Part shown: piece after piece, positions 38,607-47,120 of the stretch
How the letters are laid out: each line of letters opens with the position of its first letter
Position numbering within the stretch: position 1 is the stretch's first letter
From: an archaeon GW2011_AR15
GTDB taxonomy: Archaea; Nanobdellota; Nanobdellia; Woesearchaeales; GW2011-AR15
Length of the DNA: 64,000 nt
Direction: 5' to 3'
NCBI GenBank assembly: GCA_000830295.1
Contig: CP010425.1
Coordinates: 288,001-352,000 of the forward strand
The notes under the pieces: model-generated
Database searches by the model: none
The model's input: the letters and a program-made list of their open reading frames with translations, nothing else
What the model was told of the DNA's origin: nothing
Translations under genes and position numbers: made by a program

Positions 38607-39863
38607 ATGAGGGTACTTCATGTGGTTGACGGCACCTTCCTTCCAAAGATGGATGGCGTTGTCGTATCTCTGCTCAACAATGCAAATTATATGGCGGGCA
38701 AAGGCCATGCCGTTGCCATCGCCGCCCCCGAATACAAAGGGTATAGGGATAAGAAGCAGAAAAACATAACAGTGCATAGGTTCAGTGCCTTCTCTTTCCC
38801 TTCATACCCTGAAATGAGAGTTCCCCATCTTAACCTGGCAGCCTTCAGGAAGCTGGTCCTTGACTTTAAGCCGGATATAATGCATACGCATGCCCCCGGA
38901 ACACTTGGAATACTCGCCCTTCTGCTTGGAAAACGCTACAATATCCCTGTCGTGACAACATACCACACTTCCTTCCCTGACGTGCTGATGTATCTCAGCC
39001 CGTCAAAACTGCTGAAACTTGATGAGTTTGCCGAAAGGCTGTCAGAAAAAGGCCAGACAGAGAGCCTCGAGAGCATCCAGCAGGCACTTCATGATATCCT
39101 GGCCAGACTGAAAAACAGTGATGCAGAAGAGAGACGGAGGGAATTTTCAAGAAGCGCTGTGCTTTCGCTGACAAATGTATTCTACAATAAGCACGAGGTG
39201 GTGATTTCCCCTTCAGAAGGCATCAGGAAAGATCTCAAGAGGCACCATCTTAAATCTAAAGTTGTTGTCATATCAAATGGCATAGAGATAGACAAGTTCA
39301 GGAAAAAGGGGAAATACAGAAAATTTCCTAAGTTCCTGCATGTCGGAAGGATTGCCTTTGAAAAAAAGATAGATATTATACTGGAGGCGCTGGCAATTGT
39401 CTGCAGAAGATATCCTAAGGCTCAGCTGACCATTGTAGGAAAGGGGCCTGCGCTAGGGCGTCTTAAAAGGCTCTCAAGGAAGCTCAGGCTCACCAGGAAT
39501 GTAAAGTTTGCCGGCTTTGTAAAGAGAGACATGCTTCCGCGAATATACAGGAGCCATGATGTCTTTGTGACTGCCTCTGAGATGGAAACTCAGGGTATTG
39601 TGCTGCTTGAGGCAATTGCTTCAGGCTTACCTGTTATAGGGGTAAATGTGCTGGCAATCCCCGATGTTGTCCACAATAAAAAAACCGGCTTTCTTGTGAA
39701 AAGGAGAGATTATAAAGGGATGGCAAAAGGCATGTTAAGGCTTATTGAGAATCCTGAACTGATTTCTAAATACGGAAAAAATGCCAGGGCTGAGGCAGAA
39801 AAGCATAATCTTGCCGAATCCTGCAGGAAGATGGAAAGGCTATACGAAGAAATTATACACTAG
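38607..39863 (+). CDS. GT4 glycosyltransferase
   Basis: DGVVVS, HTHAP, VGRIAFEK, ETQGIVLLEA. Confidence 0.92.
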   Translation: MRVLHVVDGTFLPKMDGVVVSLLNNANYMAGKGHAVAIAAPEYKGYRDKKQKNITVHRFSAFSFPSYPEMRVPHLNLAAFRKLVLDFKPDIMHTHAPGTLGILALLLGKRYNIPVVTTYHTSFPDVLMYLSPSKLLKLDEFAERLSEKGQTESLESIQQALHDILARLKNSDAEERRREFSRSAVLSLTNVFYNKHEVVISPSEGIRKDLKRHHLKSKVVVISNGIEIDKFRKKGKYRKFPKFLHVGRIAFEKKIDIILEALAIVCRRYPKAQLTIVGKGPALGRLKRLSRKLRLTRNVKFAGFVKRDMLPRIYRSHDVFVTASEMETQGIVLLEAIASGLPVIGVNVLAIPDVVHNKKTGFLVKRRDYKGMAKGMLRLIENPELISKYGKNARAEAEKHNLAESCRKMERLYEEIIH

Positions 39864-40695
39864 TTTTTTTTCTTTTGAAGAAACTCATCATGGCAAACAG
39901 TGCCCTCATTCCGTAGAATACCCCTTTTTTCAGCTTGTTGCGGTCTTCCCCGAACCCGAAATTCTCCACCGGCCTTGAATAGTCATATCTTCCGGCATTA
40001 TGCACGATAGGGATTTTTTCACCATCCTTGAAATAAAATACGCCCTTTTCAATGCGGAATTCCCTTGACGAAGTTGTTATGACAAAATTGTATTTTCTGT
40101 CAAGCTTTACAAAGCCGTCCCTGTAGAGTATGTAGTTTATGGCAAGCTGGTCCGGTCCGAACTTGTCCATGCCCTTTATCATTTTTATTGTCTCTTCTGA
40201 AAGGCTGGCAAATTTTTTTGCAGGACCCAGCACGACCCCCACGTTTACCATCTGCGTCCCTTCAAGCATCTTCTTTATTTTCTTCTCATCTTCCTCGAAG
40301 AAAGCGTCTTTCATGAAAAGGTCTTCAAAAACATGCTGGATATCCTCGCATGCCGCCCTCATCTGGTCCTTGTTCTCCTCAAAAAGAGGGCTTATGTCTG
40401 TCTGGAATATCAGGTCACCACCATCTGTTATCATCACCTGGTCATATTCCTTTTCTTTCAGGAAGCTTGCTGCATCCCTGAACCTTATATTGTTGACGAG
40501 GTTGTCTTTCACGCATTTGTAGACTATGACTCCTTTCTTTTTGAGTTCTTCAACCTGCTCTTCACTAAGCCCGTAGTCGAATATGGCGACATCTATATTG
40601 CTCAGATTGACATTTGCCTGGAGCGATTTCAGCCAGTGGTTGTAGACAAAATCCTCGAATCTCGCATCAGAAGTGGTTATTATAACATGCTTCAT
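39853..40695 (-). CDS. Putative GT-A glycosyltransferase
   Basis: TDGGD, VNVGV, DQLAINY, IVHNAG. Confidence 0.65.
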   Translation of the reverse strand: MKHVIITTSDARFEDFVYNHWLKSLQANVNLSNIDVAIFDYGLSEEQVEELKKKGVIVYKCVKDNLVNNIRFRDAASFLKEKEYDQVMITDGGDLIFQTDISPLFEENKDQMRAACEDIQHVFEDLFMKDAFFEEDEKKIKKMLEGTQMVNVGVVLGPAKKFASLSEETIKMIKGMDKFGPDQLAINYILYRDGFVKLDRKYNFVITTSSREFRIEKGVFYFKDGEKIPIVHNAGRYDYSRPVENFGFGEDRNKLKKGVFYGMRALFAMMSFFKRKKTSV

Positions 40696-40773
40696 TGGCC
40701 TATTGGTTCATATATTAGTATAAAAAACTTATGCTAAAAAAATTTATATAGACAGCCTGCAGATTATATTGGC

Positions 40774-41700
40774 ATGGATGAATTAAGGAAGGATTATTTT
40801 CTTGACAGGTATGTCCTTATCTCTCCCGTGAGGTCAAAAAGGCCCCATCTTGTAAGGCATGAGAAAAAGAAAAAAGATTCAAGGTGCAGCTTCTGCATAG
40901 GGAACGAGGGAAAAACGCCGCAGGAGCTCTACAGGTATCCTCACACCAAGGAATGGCAGCTGAGGGTTTTCTATAACAAGTATCCTGTTGTCACGCCAGG
41001 CAAGAATCCTGAAATGAAAAGAAAAGGCTCACTGGTATCTTCAGGCTCTTTCGGATATCATGAAGTTATAGTTGATACTCCCGGGCATGACGAAGAATTG
41101 TGGGATCTGCCTATAGAAAGGATTGCCGATGTCTTAAGGGTGTATAATGAAAGGATAGAAGCCAACATGAAAAAAAGAGGGATAAAATATGTATCGCTGT
41201 TCAAGAACCACGGCGGGCTTGCCGGAGCATCGCTGCACCACAGCCATTCCCAGCTTGTTGCCTACAGCCAGATCCCGGAGATTATAAAAGAAAAAGAGAA
41301 GGCTATTGCAAGTCGTGATAATCCGTATGGGCATCTCATTAAGGGTGAGATGGATTCCAGCAGGAGATGCTTTGAGAACATCCATTTTGCCGCTTTCTGC
41401 CCTTTTGCCTCAAGATTCCCCTATGAGATAGTCGTATTCCCGAAAAGGCATATCCTGAATGCAACTGAACTTACAGAGGATGAGATAATCTCGCTCGCAG
41501 AAATCATGAGAATCATTTTGCTGAAACTGAGGGTGGTTGGGGAAAACTACAATTTCTATTTCCAGAACGGCATAAAAAACATGAGGTTCCATATAGAAAT
41601 GATGCAGAGGAAAGGGACTCTTGCAGGATTTGAGCTGGCGACAGACTGCCTCATAAACACGGTCAGGCCGGAAGATGCTGCCAAGTTTTACAGGGAATAA
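40774..41700 (+). CDS. galT: Galactose-1-phosphate uridylyltransferase family protein
   Basis: ELRKD, RSKRP, CSFC.GNE, NKYP, GASLHHSHSQ. Confidence 0.9.
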   Translation: MDELRKDYFLDRYVLISPVRSKRPHLVRHEKKKKDSRCSFCIGNEGKTPQELYRYPHTKEWQLRVFYNKYPVVTPGKNPEMKRKGSLVSSGSFGYHEVIVDTPGHDEELWDLPIERIADVLRVYNERIEANMKKRGIKYVSLFKNHGGLAGASLHHSHSQLVAYSQIPEIIKEKEKAIASRDNPYGHLIKGEMDSSRRCFENIHFAAFCPFASRFPYEIVVFPKRHILNATELTEDEIISLAEIMRIILLKLRVVGENYNFYFQNGIKNMRFHIEMMQRKGTLAGFELATDCLINTVRPEDAAKFYRE

Positions 41701-41730
41701 TTATTTTATTACCCTTTAATTCCACAGAAA

Positions 41731-42189
41731 ATGAAATACGCTCACAACATCGAGATGCGGGTTTTTTCTAAAGAGGGTGAGGATGACGAGGAAAAGATAA
41801 TTGGAAAAGTGCATGAACTCTTCCCTTTTGATTTTGAAAAAGAGAAGGTTGAATTTAAGTCAAAAATATCTTATGGTTTTGAGGACAACAAGATAAAAGT
41901 TATCACTGTTTTCGTGAAAAAAGAAAGGCACACAAAGAAAGTGCTGAAGAACCTCATGTCCCGGCTTAGTGAAGATCAGAAAGAGATGCTATTGCGGCAG
42001 ATGGATAGCAGGCTGGACAATGGACTGCATTTCTACATGAGGCTGGATAAAGAGAAACTGCTGAACGGAGAATACCGGATAACAGACTCGGGGAACTGCT
42101 TCTGGCTCAAGATATGCATTGCTGCTTACCCGCATAAAAGGGAAACTGCAGAGAAAATTGTGAGAGCGATGCTGAAGCACCAAAGTTAA
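41731..42189 (+). CDS. Archaeal RNA-binding protein (COG1325-like)
   Basis: FYMRLDK, KICIAAYP. Confidence 0.8.
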   Translation: MKYAHNIEMRVFSKEGEDDEEKIIGKVHELFPFDFEKEKVEFKSKISYGFEDNKIKVITVFVKKERHTKKVLKNLMSRLSEDQKEMLLRQMDSRLDNGLHFYMRLDKEKLLNGEYRITDSGNCFWLKICIAAYPHKRETAEKIVRAMLKHQS

Positions 42190-42279
42190 TGGTATGCCCT
42201 CCGGATATAAAAACATTTTGCAGACAGGATTTCCTTTCATGAATATATTTTTATATAACTTTATATTAACTAATTAGGG

Positions 42280-42885
42280 GTGGTCAAAATGGGAAGCTTT
42301 GACCAGCTTGCAGATACATTAGAACATAGGAAAGCATATTATGGGGAGGACCAGCTTGCGCTGGTAGACCGCATCATAGCGACAACCCAGAATCATTTCA
42401 GCAGGATAAAAGACAGTGAAGAGCCGTCTTATATGGCTGCAAACCTGTATGCAGTAATGGCCCACGTCTACCTTGTTCTTGAAGGGCTGTCAGGGATAAA
42501 AACAGAATTCTCGCAATCCGTCCATCCGAGGCTGGAAAAGCTGGAAGGCCTGCTTGGGCAGTATGTGCAGGATGAAAAAAGATATAGAGAGATTTCCGGA
42601 GAAGGGCTGGACTTTACTCCTGTAGAAGACCTTGGGTCTGTGCATGTCCCGCACTGGAAAGGCTACAAGGGGCTGGAGGATGAAAAAAAGGCTTTTGCGG
42701 AATATTTCTCTGATGTTTCATCCAGGGTATCATCTCTTATGAAAGAACATACATGCATAGGGGAATACCTTAGCCAGAGGAAAGAGAAGCTCTGGAATAT
42801 CGGCTATGTTATGAACAGGCTAAAAGGATTTAAAACCGATGGCCAGAAGGCCGTGCGGAGACTCGAAACAGCGCTGCAGCGCTGA
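42280..42885 (+). CDS. Hypothetical protein
   Basis: ~200-aa ORF after TATA-like TTTATATA. Confidence 0.65.
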   Translation: MVKMGSFDQLADTLEHRKAYYGEDQLALVDRIIATTQNHFSRIKDSEEPSYMAANLYAVMAHVYLVLEGLSGIKTEFSQSVHPRLEKLEGLLGQYVQDEKRYREISGEGLDFTPVEDLGSVHVPHWKGYKGLEDEKKAFAEYFSDVSSRVSSLMKEHTCIGEYLSQRKEKLWNIGYVMNRLKGFKTDGQKAVRRLETALQR

Positions 42886-42940
42886 TTTTCTTTTTATTTT
42901 TTCAGATATATTTATTAATAATAAGTTTATACCTTGCATT

Positions 42941-42973
42941 ATGAGCGCTGGTGATTCACGCTGGACTTTGTAA
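42941..42973 (+). CDS. Putative leader peptide 1, MSAGDSRWTL
   Basis: ATG ~25 nt after TATA-like TTTATTAA (leaderless geometry); shares G-x-S-R-W with peptide 2. Confidence 0.45.
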   Translation: MSAGDSRWTL

Positions 42974-43062
42974 TTTCTTGCTTAGGTTAACCTGTAATAA
43001 AGATCTGCTGTTCGGATGCTGGCGATATTGTAAAATGTATTCTGAAAAATTTAGTTGTTTTA

Positions 43063-43081
43063 TTAAGGGGCTTCCCCTTAA
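43063..43081. repeat. Perfect hairpin TTAAGGGG-CTT-CCCCTTAA
   Basis: 8-bp inverted repeat, followed by a second CCCCTT at 43085-43090. Confidence 0.75.
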
Positions 43082-43170
43082 AATCCCCTTTCAATTTAGC
43101 TTCAGCTAGGATATATTCTGTAACATATATTTCGGAAACTATATAAATAAGTTATACTTTCCCTTTCCGC

Positions 43171-43215
43171 ATGAGAAACACAAAAGGCGGTTCACGTTGG
43201 CGTTCTTTCAATTAA
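43171..43215 (+). CDS. Putative leader peptide 2, MRNTKGGSRWRSFN
   Basis: ATG ~24 nt after TATATAAA (43140-43147); single Trp codon; upstream of tRNA-Trp. Confidence 0.55.
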   Translation: MRNTKGGSRWRSFN

Positions 43216-43290
43216 GTTAGATAATATTACATTAAATTTTTCTGCGGGCTCTTGGTGGCAGCCCTGAGTTCATTGTTTTAAACCAGATAC

Positions 43291-43361
43291 GGGGCTGTAG
43301 TTTAACGGGAAAATTCTTGGCTCCAGACCAAAAGATTCAGGTTCGACTCCTGATAGCCCCA
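43291..43361 (+). tRNA. tRNA-Trp(CCA), intronless, CCA end not encoded
   Basis: Acceptor GGGGCTG/TAGCCCC, D arm GTTT/AAAT, anticodon arm CTTGG-CTCCAGA-CCAAA, T arm TCAGG-TTCGACT-CCTGA, discriminator A. Confidence 0.92.
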
Positions 43362-43383
43362 TCAAAAACCTTAGGAGGCAAAA

Positions 43384-44064
43384 ATGAAAAAACAAAATGA
43401 ACCTGAAAACGAAGATGAGATATTAAGAAGGCTTGGCCTGGATCCTGTAAAAGATTACCAGCTGATACATGACACTCTGAGCCTGTATTATGCAAAGCCA
43501 AGGCCTGAAAAAATTAGGATTATAGAGTTCCGGCCAAGTGACTTAACAGACAGGATGAAACAGGGCATCATCGATATAGGACTGGTGGCGTTCGGCCCCG
43601 GCATGACTCCTGAAGAAATTATAGAACATGTTATGCCAACTGACAGAGTCTATATGGGATTCAAAGGAACAAGGGCAATTGGATTTGCAACTGCCAATAT
43701 TCAGGAAAACGCCGTTGATTTTGTCGGCGCTGCTGTTGAACCCCAATACCAGGGGGATGGCCTTTACAATGAGTTTGTGATGAGGCGCGTCAGCCTCGCA
43801 TTCGAGCATGGCAAAAACACAGTAAAGCTGAGGACTCAGAACCCTGTTGTCTATCTCGGTGTGACAAGGTCTCTTGACAATCTTGCGGAAATAGGCGCAA
43901 TAAATAGCTACACAGAGAAAAGGGAGCATGTGAAAGGGATGTATGGCAGGATGCTGACTGAAAAAAGGCCTCTTTCAAACATCGGGGAGATTAACCGTAT
44001 CTTTGATGTTCTGGATTATGAGAAAGGAGATACGTTCTCTTTGGAATTCAGGATGGTGAGATGA
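43384..44064 (+). CDS. GNAT-fold acyltransferase-like protein
   Basis: AIGFAT, AVEPQYQGDGLY (motif A Q/RxxGxG-like), RTQNP; GGAGG SD at 43374-43378. Confidence 0.75.
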   Translation: MKKQNEPENEDEILRRLGLDPVKDYQLIHDTLSLYYAKPRPEKIRIIEFRPSDLTDRMKQGIIDIGLVAFGPGMTPEEIIEHVMPTDRVYMGFKGTRAIGFATANIQENAVDFVGAAVEPQYQGDGLYNEFVMRRVSLAFEHGKNTVKLRTQNPVVYLGVTRSLDNLAEIGAINSYTEKREHVKGMYGRMLTEKRPLSNIGEINRIFDVLDYEKGDTFSLEFRMVR

Positions 44065-44065
44065 A

Positions 44066-44773
44066 ATGAGGATCTCAAAAACCGGTTCAGGAAATCCGAA
44101 AGTTGCCTTTGTTGCCTGTGTCCATGGAGATGAAAAAATAGGTGAGAAAGCAATAGAAAAGCTGAAGAACATCCGTCTGGCAGGGGGGACTCTTTTTTTT
44201 GTCCTGGCGAATGAGAAAGCAGCGCAGGAAAACAAGAGATTCACTGAATCAGACCTTAACAGGGTGTTTCCGGGCAATCCGGAGGGAGATCATGAGGAAA
44301 AGCTTGCGCATCAACTACTGCATGAGCTAAGGCAAGCGGATGTTGTGATAGATATACATTCAACAGAAGCTGACACAGAGGATTTCATAATTCTCACAAA
44401 AAAAGAGCAATTCAGAATTGCTGAAAAAGTTCCAATTGAGAAATGTGTATTCATGGAAAAGTCTATTGCCAAAGGAAAGGCATTGATTGATCATGTAAAT
44501 CTCGGGATTTCCATTGAGTTCAATAAAGATAGGGGAGATGTAAGCGGAATCCTGAGACAGATTCTCATCAATCTCGGCATGGTTAAGGGAAGAAAAAGGA
44601 TTGCCAGTCAGGTGGGCTACAGTGTCTACGGCATCATTGAAAAAAAAGATTATAGCGGCCTGCTTGTCAATTTCAGGGAAACAGAAATCAACGGGGAATT
44701 GTTTTTTCCCCTTTTTTATGGCTCAAAAAATTATGAAAATGTTGCCTGCCTGAAAGCAAGGAGGGTGAGATGA
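44066..44773 (+). CDS. Succinylglutamate desuccinylase/aspartoacylase family (M14-like) deacylase
   Basis: HGDE, ANEKA, RF..DLNRVFPG, IDIHS. Confidence 0.9.
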   Translation: MRISKTGSGNPKVAFVACVHGDEKIGEKAIEKLKNIRLAGGTLFFVLANEKAAQENKRFTESDLNRVFPGNPEGDHEEKLAHQLLHELRQADVVIDIHSTEADTEDFIILTKKEQFRIAEKVPIEKCVFMEKSIAKGKALIDHVNLGISIEFNKDRGDVSGILRQILINLGMVKGRKRIASQVGYSVYGIIEKKDYSGLLVNFRETEINGELFFPLFYGSKNYENVACLKARRVR

Positions 44774-45318
44774 TTAATGCTTCACTGCCTGCTGTAAAAA
44801 ACCTGGATATGCTCCGGAATATTGTAGCTTCAGGCCTTGGGCTCTTGCTCTCATTTTTCATATTCAGGGAGCATTTTGTAATCGTGCTTTCCATACTTGT
44901 CTCTATCCTTGTGATGCTTCACAAGAGATACATCGGCATTGTGCTGGGGATAGATGTCTGCATGGTGTTTGTTATGCTTTCAGCTTCAAGATACGGCGCA
45001 TTTGCAGGCGCAGCTATAGGCGGAATATCATTTCTTGGAGGGATGCTTGCCTCCCTGGAATTCAGCAAAAGCCCGATGGTGACTTTCTACGGCACGTTTT
45101 TTTATATCATCCTTGGGCTGGCTTATTCCCTGATGCCAACCGGCATAATATATGCCCTGCCTCTGCTTCATATCCTGATAGCAGGCCTTCTGTTTTCGAT
45201 TGGCGCTTTTTTTGTCGGTGCCCCTCTCCAGTTCCTGATGAAATATGCAGCAACAAATATAATCACAAATTTATTATTCATAAGAATATTCGAAAGCTTG
45301 CTGAGGCTGATGTTCTGA
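44770..45318 (+). CDS. Membrane protein, possibly ECF S-component-like
   Basis: ~6 TM segments, D..VFVMLSASRYGAFAGAAIG pattern; ATGA overlap with previous gene. Confidence 0.55.
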   Translation: MINASLPAVKNLDMLRNIVASGLGLLLSFFIFREHFVIVLSILVSILVMLHKRYIGIVLGIDVCMVFVMLSASRYGAFAGAAIGGISFLGGMLASLEFSKSPMVTFYGTFFYIILGLAYSLMPTGIIYALPLLHILIAGLLFSIGAFFVGAPLQFLMKYAATNIITNLLFIRIFESLLRLMF

Positions 45319-45962
45319 TGATAAGGCAGAAAATAAGGGAAATACTGGAAGAGATAGGGAATGCAGAGCTTGTCACAGTCACAAAATCAAGGAGCATCGA
45401 GGAAATTATAGAAGCAATCGAGGCAGGAGCAAGAATAATCGGGGAAAACAGGGTTGATGAAGCGAGAAAAAAATACGGCATGCTGAAGGATTGCCTGAAA
45501 AAATACAATGTGGGATACCATTTCATAGGCCATCTCCAGTCGAACAAGGTGAACAAGGCAGTGGGGTTTTTTGACCTGATACAGTCAGTCGATTCTGTAA
45601 AGCTGGCTGAAAAAATAAACAAACGGGCAGAAGAGCTGGAGATAGTCCAGGACATTCTCGTGCAGGTGAACATAGGGGAAGAAGAGCAGAAATACGGGGT
45701 ACCTCCTGGCGAGGTAAGCAGCTTCATAGGGAGCCTGTCCGGCCTGGGAAACATAAGGATAAAAGGGCTGATGTGCATTGCCCCTTACTCAGAAAACCCG
45801 GAAGACGCAAGGCCGTATTTCAGCAGGATGAAAAAGATATACCGCACTTTTGATTTTGAATATCTGTCAATGGGCATGACAAATGATTACCGGATAGCAC
45901 TGGAAGAAGGCTCAAATATGGTGAGAATAGGGACAGCCATCTTCGGCGAGAGAAAATATTAA
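45318..45962 (+). CDS. yggS: YggS/PLPBP pyridoxal phosphate homeostasis protein
   Basis: VTKS, GENRV, HFIGHLQSNK, LSMGMTNDY, VRIGT. Confidence 0.95.
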   Translation: MIRQKIREILEEIGNAELVTVTKSRSIEEIIEAIEAGARIIGENRVDEARKKYGMLKDCLKKYNVGYHFIGHLQSNKVNKAVGFFDLIQSVDSVKLAEKINKRAEELEIVQDILVQVNIGEEEQKYGVPPGEVSSFIGSLSGLGNIRIKGLMCIAPYSENPEDARPYFSRMKKIYRTFDFEYLSMGMTNDYRIALEEGSNMVRIGTAIFGERKY

Positions 45963-45989
45963 ATAGTATGCATGATAAAGTGAGAAACA

Positions 45990-47120
45990 ATGACAAAAAA
46001 TGATTTCATAGTCACACCATGGAGCGTTAAGGGAGATATAGACTATGACAAATTAGTAAAGCAGTTCGGGACAAAAAAGCTGGATGAAAAACTGCTGAAA
46101 GAGCTTAAAAGCATTACAGGAGGAACCCACCATTACCTCAGAAGAAAGATATTCTACTCCCACATGTATTTAGATGAGGTATTAAAAGATTACAGGAAAG
46201 ACAATAAATTCTATCTTTACACAGGAAGGGCTCCAAGCGGGCCCGTGCATCTGGGGCACATGATCCCATGGATATTCACGAAATGGCTTCAGGACAACTT
46301 TGATGCCCATCTGCTGTTCCAGATTCCTGATGAGGAAAAATTCCTTTTCAAGAAAGACCTGACTCTGGAAGAGACAAGGAAGTGGGCTTACGACAACATA
46401 CTGGACATAATCGCTGTAGGGTTTGACCCAAAGAAAACCCACATATTTTTGGATACTGAGTACGCCGGCCATATGTATAAGCATGCTGTCCAGGTAGCCA
46501 AGAAGATAAATTTCTCAACAATAAAGTCAACATTCGGGTTTGACAACGACAAGAACATCGGGGAGATTTTCTATACTGCAATGCAGTCTGTTCCTGCAAT
46601 ACTGCCAAGCGTCCTTGAAGGAAAGAAAACCCGCGTTTTAATTCCATGCGCAATTGACCAGGATGTGCATTTCAGGCTGACAAGGGATGTCGCTGAATCA
46701 CTTGGGTATTACAAGCCCGCAACAATATTGTGCCGGTTCCTGCCCGGGCTGCAGGGTATGAGTGGAGAGGGCAAGATGTCCTCCTCCGTCGAGAGCACTG
46801 CAATATACACAACTGATGATGCCAAGACAGTAAAAAATAAAATTCTCAAGTATGCATTCTCAGGAGGCCGTGATACTTTAGAAGAGCACAGAAAGCACGG
46901 CGGCAACCCTGAAGTAGATGTTTCATACCAGTGGCTAACATTCTTTGAGGAGGACGATGCAAAGCTTGAGAAAATCTATAAAGATTACAAGTCAGGAAAG
47001 CTGCTTTCAGGAGAGCTGAAGATGATTCTTGTAGACAAGCTGAACAGTTTCCTTGCTGAGCACCAGAAGAGAAGGAAGGAAGCAGAGAAAATAATTGAGA
47101 AATTTATGCTGCGGGACTAG
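45990..47120 (+). CDS. trpS: Tryptophan--tRNA ligase (archaeal/eukaryal type)
   Basis: VTPW, YTGRAPS..HLGH, PCAIDQD, KMSSS, AFSGG. Confidence 0.97.
   Translation: MTKNDFIVTPWSVKGDIDYDKLVKQFGTKKLDEKLLKELKSITGGTHHYLRRKIFYSHMYLDEVLKDYRKDNKFYLYTGRAPSGPVHLGHMIPWIFTKWLQDNFDAHLLFQIPDEEKFLFKKDLTLEETRKWAYDNILDIIAVGFDPKKTHIFLDTEYAGHMYKHAVQVAKKINFSTIKSTFGFDNDKNIGEIFYTAMQSVPAILPSVLEGKKTRVLIPCAIDQDVHFRLTRDVAESLGYYKPATILCRFLPGLQGMSGEGKMSSSVESTAIYTTDDAKTVKNKILKYAFSGGRDTLEEHRKHGGNPEVDVSYQWLTFFEEDDAKLEKIYKDYKSGKLLSGELKMILVDKLNSFLAEHQKRRKEAEKIIEKFMLRD

Noticed and set aside
43253-43263. GGTGGCAGC resembles the T-box antiterminator consensus GGTGGNACC
   Set aside because: One mismatch, no recognisable stem I/specifier loop or terminator, and N=C would not pair with this tRNA's A73. 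Not called a T-box.
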